Shown here: positions 1-8,312 of the stretch, in pieces
Layout of the letters: the number at the start of each line of letters is the position of its first letter
How positions within the stretch are numbered: the stretch's first letter is position 1
Assembly (NCBI GenBank): GCA_964409385.1
Contig: CAYPCY010000001.1
Location: forward strand, 170,546 to 234,545
Origin: an uncultured Methanosarcinales archaeon
GTDB taxonomy: Archaea; Nanobdellota; Nanobdellia; Woesearchaeales; CAYPCY01
Direction: 5' to 3'
DNA: 64,000 nucleotides
Made by a program: the position numbers and the translations under genes
Notes under the pieces: generated by a model
The model's database searches: none
What the model saw: the letters and a program-made list of their open reading frames with translations, nothing else
Told to the model about the DNA's origin: nothing

Positions 1-1815
1 TTTAATTACTAGTCTCATTTCTTTTTCTTGATCCATATGCCATAATGGACTGAATATTTTCAAGTTTAAATTATCACATATTTTTTCTATTCTTTTCCTT
101 TGATAATCAGAAAATAATGCTCCGGAAACTATTCCTTCAATCTTAAACTTGTCCTTGGCTTGTTTAATTGTCTTTTCCAAGTCTTCTAACTCCTTTTCTT
201 TCTTACCTTCAGTATATCCTGTAACTATTGGAATATCCATTGCTTCAGCTTGTAAATCAACCAGGTGAATGTTTGGTGTGTGAAACATATAAGAGTTTAG
301 ATTCTTGCTTTTCATTGTTATCAAACAAGTAATTTCATAATTTTGCTTCATCATAGTATAAGCTGAAAAAACACTATCCTTCCCGCCAGAGAATAAAGCT
401 CCTAATTTCAAGTTTGGTTTTTTCAAAAACCTACCTAGATATTCTGACTTTCTCTTCAATCCTGCATTTCTAGTTAGTTTTTGTATTGCCCTGTCAAACT
501 TGCTGCCGTATTGTGCTGCTTTCTTCTTTCGTTCTGCAAATTCTTCTGGAATTCCTAATTGTTTAGCAACATCCCTTAAGATTGCCTTGCTACGCCCATC
601 TAGTTTATACTCTGCAGGAATCTTTAATGAATAATCAACTAATTCCTTATCTAAAAACGGTAATCTCAACTCTATACTTTTATTCATTGTTATAACATCA
701 TCCCTGTAAGTATCCCTTTCATAAAGTTTTAACAATCCCGAAACACATTCTTTATTCACTTCTTTAGTTTTAGTATGTCTTTCATAACCCGCAAATATTT
801 CTTCACTTCCCAATCCTGAAAATAAAACTTTAACATTATCTTTCTTAGCCAATTCTGCAGCTGCTAGTATTGTAACTCCAACTCCCACCTTCACGACATT
901 AGTATCTTCGATCAAACTAACTACTTGTTTAATATATTTTTCAACAGAATCCAATTTTACTTTTGCAATCTTAAGTTTAAACCCTAAAGCCTTAGCAACT
1001 TTTTTTGAATATATTAAATCTTCAGGTTCTTTAAAGCCAGGATGGTCAAGAACAGAAACATAACAAGTAAAATCAATATTCTTTTGTTTTAACAACAATG
1101 CTATTAGTGTTGAATCAATACCTCCCGAGAATAAAACACCAAGTTTAACTTTTGGAATTCTCTTTTCTAAAGAATTAACAAGTAAAGACTTTAGTCTTCT
1201 ATCAAGTACTTCCTTACTATTCTTTAATTCAGGCAATATTTTAAAAAAAGGTCTTTTCTTCCTTTCAACCTTCCCGTTCTTAACAGAATAAATTATTACT
1301 TCTCTAGGATTTAGTTCTTCTTCCATCCCTTTCTTTTCAGAACAGAAACTGAATTCTTTTGTAGAATACCATAATGGCTTCACCCCAAGAATATCCCTTG
1401 CCAAATATACTTTATCACCAATCCAATAAGCAAATGCATAAACACCGTCTAATTCATCAAGTGTTTTCATCACTCCCTGCTTATCTAATAATTCCAAAAC
1501 AAGCTCTGCATCATTACTAGAACTTAATGAATATTTCTTACAAAGTTCCTTCCAATTATAAATTTCGCAATTAATTACTAAACAACCCTTTCCTCTCAAA
1601 GGCTGTTTAATATGTGAAACTATTGAATGAAGAACATGACCAATAATATTATTAGAATCTTCAATATTCAATTTATCAATAGAAGCAGAAGTTTCCAAAA
1701 CTGTACCATTATAATATCCACAACCATCCCTACCTCGAGAAGTAATCCTTTCCAAACCTGCTCTTAACTTCACAACAGAGTCTTCCTGGTTGAAATAACC
1801 TATAATTCCACACAT
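1..1815 (-). CDS. Asparagine synthetase B (Ntn glutaminase + synthetase) fused in frame to diphthine-ammonia ligase (Dph6/DUF71 PP-loop); 3' end runs off the window
   Basis: Not in ORF track. Manual translation from ATG at 1815 gives MCGIIG (Ntn Cys). The AsnB motifs FSGGIDS and RKKKAAQYGS follow, then, with no stop across 540-361, KLGALFSGGKDS and SYMFHT typical of Dph6. Own TATA-like TTTATAAA at 1845-1838. Confidence 0.88.
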   Translation of the reverse strand, partial: MCGIIGYFNQEDSVVKLRAGLERITSRGRDGCGYYNGTVLETSASIDKLNIEDSNNIIGHVLHSIVSHIKQPLRGKGCLVINCEIYNWKELCKKYSLSSSNDAELVLELLDKQGVMKTLDELDGVYAFAYWIGDKVYLARDILGVKPLWYSTKEFSFCSEKKGMEEELNPREVIIYSVKNGKVERKKRPFFKILPELKNSKEVLDRRLKSLLVNSLEKRIPKVKLGVLFSGGIDSTLIALLLKQKNIDFTCYVSVLDHPGFKEPEDLIYSKKVAKALGFKLKIAKVKLDSVEKYIKQVVSLIEDTNVVKVGVGVTILAAAELAKKDNVKVLFSGLGSEEIFAGYERHTKTKEVNKECVSGLLKLYERDTYRDDVITMNKSIELRLPFLDKELVDYSLKIPAEYKLDGRSKAILRDVAKQLGIPEEFAERKKKAAQYGSKFDRAIQKLTRNAGLKRKSEYLGRFLKKPNLKLGALFSGGKDSVFSAYTMMKQNYEITCLITMKSKNLNSYMFHTPNIHLVDLQAEAMDIPIVTGYTEGKKEKELEDLEKTIKQAKDKFKIEGIVSGALFSDYQRKRIEKICDNLNLKIFSPLWHMDQEKEMRLVIK

Positions 1816-1845
1816 AAGCTTAGAAATTAAGAATTATTTTATAAA

Positions 1846-2700
1846 TTATCGCAAAAAATTAATCTTCCAAACTTTTTTTCGAGTATCAATAATACATTCT
1901 TCCCCAATAGGAATTGTGAGGTTTGGTTCTTCATGTCCAATTGGTTGATTAAAAATTATCGGACATTTAAAATCTTTAAAAAATTCTTGTAAATAATTAA
2001 GAACATCCTTATCACACTTTGTAAAATACCCTAAAAGTATTCCTTTAACATTCTCAAATTTTCCAGCAAGTTTCAACTGCCACAACGCATCATAAATATC
2101 CCTTCCATTCCAATGATTTTGCTCTAAAAAAAGAATCTTATCACTAGTTTGAAGTTCATACTTGCTACCTAGAGACTTAGTAAGAACCCTAATAGCACCA
2201 CCAACAATCTTACCCTTTGAAAATCCTTTCTTAAAAACATCCTTCTCTTTCATCCTGACAGAATAATTCTTTTTATTCAAGACATTAAATAAACAAGATA
2301 TTGTTTTCTCATCATACCTTTCATTAAATGGCATTGGACCATGTAAACATCTCAATCCAGTCTTTTGATATATTGCATTTAATAAAATGGTAGCATCACT
2401 AAATCCTATTAATACCTTACCAGATTTTTTTATTAAGTTATAATCTAAAAAAGAAATTACTTGTACAGCACCCATTCCACCCCTTGCACAAACTACTATT
2501 TCAGTATCTTCATCCTTGTAAGCCCTATTAATCTCATCATATCTTCTTTCATAATTTCCTGCATAATAATAAAATTTAGAATTAATACTTTTCAAATATT
2601 TTATTTTCCCAAAACCCCACTTTTTTAAGTTTTTTAAAGAATTATTAAATTTCTCCTTAGATAAATGTCCTGATGGAGCAATTAAAAAAACATTTTTCAT
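1846..2700 (-). CDS. S66 family peptidase (LD-carboxypeptidase LdcA / MccF-like)
   Basis: IAPS, ARGGMG, GFSD (Ser), FLEQ (Glu), PIGH (His) triad motifs. Confidence 0.9.
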   Translation of the reverse strand: MKNVFLIAPSGHLSKEKFNNSLKNLKKWGFGKIKYLKSINSKFYYYAGNYERRYDEINRAYKDEDTEIVVCARGGMGAVQVISFLDYNLIKKSGKVLIGFSDATILLNAIYQKTGLRCLHGPMPFNERYDEKTISCLFNVLNKKNYSVRMKEKDVFKKGFSKGKIVGGAIRVLTKSLGSKYELQTSDKILFLEQNHWNGRDIYDALWQLKLAGKFENVKGILLGYFTKCDKDVLNYLQEFFKDFKCPIIFNQPIGHEEPNLTIPIGEECIIDTRKKVWKINFLR

Positions 2701-3629
2701 CTTGTCTTCTTTTCAATAGCATCCACAACTTCACTCTTCAAATTATAAAGTAAATTTCCAGAATAACCATTAATTTGTGGAGAACCTCCTGAAGTGACTG
2801 AAGTGGAAGAACTATTTATTTCCATTACTCTTCCCTGCCTGAAATCTACACAGCCATAAAACATTCCAGTAATATCCGCGACTGTTTTCACAATATTCAT
2901 TTCGTTCACACTAGGATTTGGATTAATTGTTTTCTCTCCTCCTTTTTCTCTAGCGGGTTTACCGACTTTTTCCATAACTCTAGTCATAACAACATCACCA
3001 TCTAAAAAAATATATCTTTTTTCAACTTGTTCTGGCATATATTTTTCAAATATATAATTACTAATCAAGAAAGGATCAAAAGTAAGTAATGATTCTAACC
3101 CATTAAAATAATTAACACCCATACCTCGCGCTCCAATTTTTGGCTTAGCAATTATTTTCTCTTCACTCTCCACTAAATCTTCCAATTCTTCTTTTGAATT
3201 AACCGAGTAAGAATTTATCCAAGGCAAAGGAAGTTTCCTTTGTTTTTCTTTTGACCTGTATGAATTACTGGCTGCATCATTAACCATCATTCCAACTTGT
3301 TTTTCTATTGAATATAATGAATTAATAAAATATGAAATTAAACCATGATTCATTGAATCTTCCGCGACATGATTCACATAAAAAACATCTCCAGAAATCA
3401 TTTCTTCACCTTCTTGTTTAGTCAACTTTCCATTTTTAAACTTGTACTGGTATGGAGTACAAACAAGTTCATCAACAGAATAAATCTGTCTAGGATGAAT
3501 TATTGTAAGATCATGACCTCTTTTATCAAATTCTTCAACCAGATTAACCGTTGATCTAAATTTAGACTGTTTAGAATTTCTTTCAATGTATGGAATGGCC
3601 TCTTCATTAACACTAATTGTTACTTCCAT
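2697..3629 (-). CDS. ATP-grasp amide/peptide ligase, glutathione-synthetase/RimK-like
   Basis: IAKPKIGARGMGV, FEKYM, EKRY, VDF, MEINS; N-terminal STxxLVEEFxKRGH resembles GshB. Confidence 0.75.
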   Translation of the reverse strand: MEVTISVNEEAIPYIERNSKQSKFRSTVNLVEEFDKRGHDLTIIHPRQIYSVDELVCTPYQYKFKNGKLTKQEGEEMISGDVFYVNHVAEDSMNHGLISYFINSLYSIEKQVGMMVNDAASNSYRSKEKQRKLPLPWINSYSVNSKEELEDLVESEEKIIAKPKIGARGMGVNYFNGLESLLTFDPFLISNYIFEKYMPEQVEKRYIFLDGDVVMTRVMEKVGKPAREKGGEKTINPNPSVNEMNIVKTVADITGMFYGCVDFRQGRVMEINSSSTSVTSGGSPQINGYSGNLLYNLKSEVVDAIEKKTR

Positions 3630-4536
3630 CTAATACAACCTCCATCCTTAAATATTTCTTTCTAATACTCTCAATTAATTTCTCTAAAACATTAAATCCT
3701 AATATTCCTTCATATTCAGGCCGGACATTTGGTGTAGGATTATGTTCTATTACTGAATATCCCTCTTCCGTTTTTATCACGTCTAAAACATCAAACTCCG
3801 CCCCTATAGATTCTGCAGCAATCCTACTAAATTCCTTAAGATCTTCTGGAATACTAACTTCTGGAGGTAATATTTTTGATCCTAATGACCTACTTGCCAA
3901 CCATGGCGCTTCTCCATTTGAAGAAATTAAGGTTCTTTTATGATATAATATTACTTCTCCACCTACAATCCACACTCTATAATCATATCCTTCCATTGGA
4001 GAATGAAATTCTTGAAATATTATTCCTCCAGTATAATCTTCTGAAGATTTAATATTATTAATTGCATATTCAACTTCTTTCAAATTATTACATTTTCTTA
4101 AATCAACACCCCTACCTCCCGTATCCCTTTTAACAATTAATGGAAAATTACCCAAACCAAGAATATTAGATTGGATATCATAATTTTCATCATACAATTT
4201 TGTGTTAGGAGTTCTTATATTAACTGATTTCATTAAATTAAAAGAGTGATACTTACTATAATCTGCAAGACTAGCATTGAATGAATTAACAATCAAAAAA
4301 GTCTCATCCAAAGATCTTAAAAGACTAAGTGTTTTTTTCAAAGAATTATAATCCCTATTAGCAACACTAGCATAAACCCTATTTAAGATTAAATCAGGAT
4401 TGAAACTCCTAAAATCTTCCAAAACAGCCATTCTAATATCAAACATTTCAACATCAGAATTAAATTTTTCTTTAAGAATTCTTTTTAATTCATGCTCTGT
4501 CCATTCAAGATCATGATGTAATATTGCTACTTTCAT
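3613..4536 (-). CDS. ATP-grasp ligase, RimK/LysX family
   Basis: ILNRV, TPNT, IVKRDTGGRGVD, IFQEF, DYRVWIVGG, VIEHNPTP. Confidence 0.85.
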   Translation of the reverse strand: MKVAILHHDLEWTEHELKRILKEKFNSDVEMFDIRMAVLEDFRSFNPDLILNRVYASVANRDYNSLKKTLSLLRSLDETFLIVNSFNASLADYSKYHSFNLMKSVNIRTPNTKLYDENYDIQSNILGLGNFPLIVKRDTGGRGVDLRKCNNLKEVEYAINNIKSSEDYTGGIIFQEFHSPMEGYDYRVWIVGGEVILYHKRTLISSNGEAPWLASRSLGSKILPPEVSIPEDLKEFSRIAAESIGAEFDVLDVIKTEEGYSVIEHNPTPNVRPEYEGILGFNVLEKLIESIRKKYLRMEVVLDGSNN

Positions 4537-4537
4537 T

Positions 4538-5266
4538 TTAATTCTCCAAAATTACTTTTTCTTGCAGTGCCTTAGACAATAAAACAGATTTTTCAGCAAT
4601 TATCTTCATAGGATCTATTAATACAGCATCAGTTAGTTTTTGCCCTAGAACCAATGGTATTTCAGTACATCCCATTATTATTAATTCTGCACCGTTATTC
4701 TTGAAAGAATTCACTGCAGTTAATAATTTTGAAGAGGCATCTTCTTTCCTTCCAGCCTTAATACCATTATCTCCATATATTGAATCCATAACTAAAACTT
4801 CTTGTTCAAACTCGCTCAAATCCAAAACTTCAATACCTGATTTTTCAAAAAGATCATGATAAATTCTTGATTTCACAGTTCCGGAAGTTGCTAATAATCC
4901 TATTTTCTTAACATCTGAATATTTCTCACTAATAAATTTTAAAATTTCAGAAATCATATTAACCATTGGTATTCCAATAGCAGAAGAAACCTCATCAATA
5001 AAATAATGGGAGGTATTACAAGGCATTACTATAAACTCTGCTCCTGCATTTTCTAACTTGTGAGCAGTTTTAATCAATTCACTAACTGGACTTACTCCCC
5101 CATAGAGTATTGCTTCAGTCCTATCAGGAATTTTAGGATTATTGAAAATAACTATAGGAACATGGTCCTGATCTTTCTTAACAGGTGTAGATTTTATGAT
5201 TTTATTATATAAGTAAGACGTTGCTTCAGGACCCATTCCTCCAAGTATTCCTATAGTTCCTCTCAT
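4538..5266 (-). CDS. PLP-independent amino-acid racemase (aspartate racemase/RacX family)
   Basis: IGILGGMGPEAT, IPDRT, both catalytic Cys motifs MPCNT and MGCTE. Confidence 0.93.
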   Translation of the reverse strand: MRGTIGILGGMGPEATSYLYNKIIKSTPVKKDQDHVPIVIFNNPKIPDRTEAILYGGVSPVSELIKTAHKLENAGAEFIVMPCNTSHYFIDEVSSAIGIPMVNMISEILKFISEKYSDVKKIGLLATSGTVKSRIYHDLFEKSGIEVLDLSEFEQEVLVMDSIYGDNGIKAGRKEDASSKLLTAVNSFKNNGAELIIMGCTEIPLVLGQKLTDAVLIDPMKIIAEKSVLLSKALQEKVILEN

Positions 5267-5361
5267 TCTAACAATAAGCTAAAAATAAATATATAAATAT
5301 AGAGATAGAAAAACCAGTAGAAAAGGAATCTTTAAATAAAAGTAGTACCTATTCTACAAAA

Positions 5362-6327
5362 ATGTTAAACTACAAAACAAGTAAATTACTATATTTACTC
5401 TCAGAAAAGTGCAGAATAACAAGCAAAGAACTGAGCAAATCCCTAAAAATCAGTCAGCAAACAGCAAGTTACACAGTACTAAACCTGCTAAAGAAAAAAA
5501 GAATCCTAAAATACCAAACTTTAATAGACCCTGCAAAATTCGGATTAATAAACATAATAGCATTCTTTAGATATACAAATTTCGACAATGCAACAACACA
5601 ACAAATAAAAAAACACCTTAGAGAAAACCAATACATTACAAGAATTGAAAATGTAACTCAAGGATCTGACCTAATGGTAGAATATTGCGTTCCCAACCTA
5701 TCCTTATTCAATAAAGAAAATAGAGACTTCCTGCACAAATTCACAAAAAACATAATAATGAGCGATATTTATGTAGTAATAGTCAAACACATTTACAACA
5801 GAAAATATTTAATGAGAAACTCCACACCAACAGAAGTAATTCTTTCAGGAGATAGAGACTTAGTGAATCTAAGCAATCACCAACTACAAGTCCTAGAATC
5901 CTTAAAGAACAATTCTAAAGAATCAATACTACAAATATCTAAAAAAGTAAAACTAGATCCCAAAACAGTAATTAAAATTAAAAAATATTTAGAAAAACAA
6001 TTAATAATTAGAAAATACGGTTCAGTTCTTAATTATTCTTCTTTAGAAATTAATAGAAAACATGTCCTAATACAATTAGATTATGAAAAACCACACGACA
6101 TAAAAAAATTCATAGAATACGCAAAAAATCATAAAAACATAATAGCAGTAATTAAAACACTAGGAAATTATGAAATGTTCATCACTATTGAAAGAACATA
6201 TCCTGAAAGGTCAGTAATGAATGATTTAAGAAAAGAATTCAAAATCTCCGATTACAAAATAATACCTTCTGAAGGAATACTTAAAAAAAATTATGTACCA
6301 AGCAATATCTTTAAGCAAAATATTTAA
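5362..6327 (+). CDS. Tandem (duplicated) Lrp/AsnC-family transcription regulator
   Basis: Two HTH + effector-domain units (ITSKELSKSLKISQQT; SILQISKKVKLDPKTV...LGNYE); divergent from the racemase operon. Confidence 0.8.
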   Translation: MLNYKTSKLLYLLSEKCRITSKELSKSLKISQQTASYTVLNLLKKKRILKYQTLIDPAKFGLINIIAFFRYTNFDNATTQQIKKHLRENQYITRIENVTQGSDLMVEYCVPNLSLFNKENRDFLHKFTKNIIMSDIYVVIVKHIYNRKYLMRNSTPTEVILSGDRDLVNLSNHQLQVLESLKNNSKESILQISKKVKLDPKTVIKIKKYLEKQLIIRKYGSVLNYSSLEINRKHVLIQLDYEKPHDIKKFIEYAKNHKNIIAVIKTLGNYEMFITIERTYPERSVMNDLRKEFKISDYKIIPSEGILKKNYVPSNIFKQNI

Positions 6328-6350
6328 ACAATAAACCTTCCTAATTCGAC

Positions 6351-7874
6351 ATGAATATTAAAGATATGAGCACTTTCTGTAAAAAGAAAGGTTTTGTTTT
6401 CCAAAATAGTGAAATTTATGGTGGACTGTCAGGATTGTTTGATTATGGACCTTTAGGAGTAGAATTAAAAAACAATATTAAAGAAAACTGGTGGAATTAT
6501 TTTGTAAGAAGAGAAGAAAACATTTTTGGAATTGATGGTGCAATATTAAGTCATCAAAATATTTGGAAATCATCAGGGCATGTAGAAAATTTTGAGGATA
6601 TTCTAGTCGAAGATAAAGTTACTAAAAAAAGATTCAGAGCAGACCAACTAATAGAAGATGCTCTAGACATACAAGCAGAAGGACTAACCGCAAAAGATTT
6701 AGGAAAACTAATCAAGGAAAACAAAATAACATCACCTAAAGGAAATCCATTAACAGAACCTAAACAATTCAATCTAATGTTCCAAACATTCATAGGACCA
6801 ACACAAACTAAAGAATCAATCTCATACTTAAGGCCTGAAACTGCACAATTAATATTTACTAATTTCAAGCAAGTTGCAGAAACACAAAGAGCAAAACTTC
6901 GCACTCGGCAGCTGGGTATCCATCCAGCGGATTNNNNNNNNNNTCAAAATTGTCAACAATCCATGAGCATGAAAATTCCTTTTGGAATAGCACAAATTGG
7001 AAAAGCCTTTAGAAATGAAATTTCGCCAAGAGAATTCTTATTCAGGCAAAGAGAATTTGAACAAATGGAAGTAGAATTCTTCCTAAGTAAAGACCAACAA
7101 AATAATTGCAAAAAACTTTCGAAATTCAAAAAAACAAAAATTAATTTTCTTTCATCAAATAACAAAAAAGCAAAAATAGTAACAATAGACAAGATAAAAG
7201 CAACGGATTGGCATAAATACTGGTTAATAAAAAGTTACAAATGGTTCTTAGACTTGGGAATTAACAAAAACAATTTAAGAATTAGAGAACATTCCAAAAA
7301 AGAATTAAGTCATTATAGTTCTGCAACTTTCGATATAGAATATAATTTTCCTTTCGGATGGAAAGAAATTCACGGAAATGCAAATAGAGGAAACTTCGAC
7401 CTAAAACAACATATGAAACATTCCAAAGCAAAATTAGAATTGTATGATGAAGAAACAAAAAAGAAAGTATTACCAGAAGTTATTGAACCTTCCCAAGGAG
7501 TTGATAGAGCATTCTTAGCATTTTTATACGATTCTTTTAATGACGATAAAAAAAGAGGTAATATTGTCCTAAAACTTCATCCTAAACTAAGCCCATACAA
7601 AGTGGCAGTATTCCCATTAGTATCTAATAAGAAAGAACTACTGAAACTATCAAAAACAGTTTATTCAAGTTTAGAATTCAATTCATTCTTTGATAAAGCA
7701 GGAAGTATAGGAAGAAGATATGCTCGTCAGGACGAAATAGGAACTCCATTCTGTATAACTATAGATTTTGACAGTCTAAAAGATAAATCAGTAACAATAA
7801 GAGACAGGAACACAATAAGACAGAAAAGAATAAAAATAAGTAAGTTAAACCAATATTTGAGGGATAAATTATGA
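6351..7874 (+). CDS. glyS: Glycine-tRNA ligase (alpha2 type); contains an assembly gap with foreign flanks
   Basis: EIYGG, DYGPLG, YLRPETAQ, QIGKAFRNEI, REFEQME, VIEPSQG, SIGRRYARQDEIGTP. Confidence 0.96.
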   Translation: MNIKDMSTFCKKKGFVFQNSEIYGGLSGLFDYGPLGVELKNNIKENWWNYFVRREENIFGIDGAILSHQNIWKSSGHVENFEDILVEDKVTKKRFRADQLIEDALDIQAEGLTAKDLGKLIKENKITSPKGNPLTEPKQFNLMFQTFIGPTQTKESISYLRPETAQLIFTNFKQVAETQRAKLRTRQLGIHPADXXXXQNCQQSMSMKIPFGIAQIGKAFRNEISPREFLFRQREFEQMEVEFFLSKDQQNNCKKLSKFKKTKINFLSSNNKKAKIVTIDKIKATDWHKYWLIKSYKWFLDLGINKNNLRIREHSKKELSHYSSATFDIEYNFPFGWKEIHGNANRGNFDLKQHMKHSKAKLELYDEETKKKVLPEVIEPSQGVDRAFLAFLYDSFNDDKKRGNIVLKLHPKLSPYKVAVFPLVSNKKELLKLSKTVYSSLEFNSFFDKAGSIGRRYARQDEIGTPFCITIDFDSLKDKSVTIRDRNTIRQKRIKISKLNQYLRDKL

Positions 7875-8158
7875 AAATAGCAGAAGTTAAAGCAAATGAC
7901 AAAAATGTAAATATTGAAGGTACGATTAAAGAAGTCGGACCTGCAAGAGAGTTTGAACGATTTGGAAAAAGTGGAAAAGTTGCTAATGCAATTTTAGCAG
8001 ATGATTCTGGCGAGATCCAACTAACCCTATGGAATGAACAAGTTGATGAAGCTAAAGAAGGTTCTAAAGCAAAAGTCACTAATGGTTTTGTTAATGAATG
8101 GCAGGGCAAATTACAAGTTAGTGGTGGTAAATTTGGAACTGTTGAATTTGACCAATAG
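7871..8158 (+). CDS. Single OB-fold ssDNA-binding protein (SSB/RPA-like)
   Basis: GKVANAILADDSGEIQLTLW, NGFV...QVSGGKFG. Confidence 0.85.
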   Translation: MKIAEVKANDKNVNIEGTIKEVGPAREFERFGKSGKVANAILADDSGEIQLTLWNEQVDEAKEGSKAKVTNGFVNEWQGKLQVSGGKFGTVEFDQ

Positions 8159-8194
8159 TTATTTAAGTTATTAATTTTTTTTCTTCTCTACTTT

Positions 8195-8268
8195 GGGACC
8201 TTAGCTCAGACTGGGAGAGCACTACGCTGAAGCCGTAGGTGTCCAGGGTTCAAATCCCTGAGGTCTCA
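8195..8268 (+). tRNA. tRNA-Phe(GAA)
   Basis: Acceptor GGGACCT/AGGTCTC-A; anticodon arm CTACG-CTGAAGC-CGTAG; T arm CAGGG-TTCAAAT-CCCTG; no encoded CCA. Confidence 0.95.
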
Positions 8269-8312
8269 TTTTCACGCTCAATAAGTTTCAGCTCAACCAT
8301 CTCACGTTTTCT

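Noticed and set aside
1..5266. Peptidoglycan or pseudomurein biosynthesis cluster
   Set aside because: No Mur ligase, MraY, glycosyltransferase or PBP is present; only the D-amino-acid peptide chemistry is supported.
6901..6975. Extra sequence of about 26 codons in glyS between RAKL and PFGIAQ, as a possible intein or intron
   Set aside because: It surrounds a 10-N scaffold gap, the left flank is atypically GC-rich, and it lacks intein (C...HN) or BHB signatures. Best explained as contig-end artefact; only reads could show a collapsed element.
8195..8312. tRNA-anchored integrated element (also checked at tRNA-Gln and tRNA-Arg)
   Set aside because: No integrase and no duplicated tRNA 3' end seen in the window.
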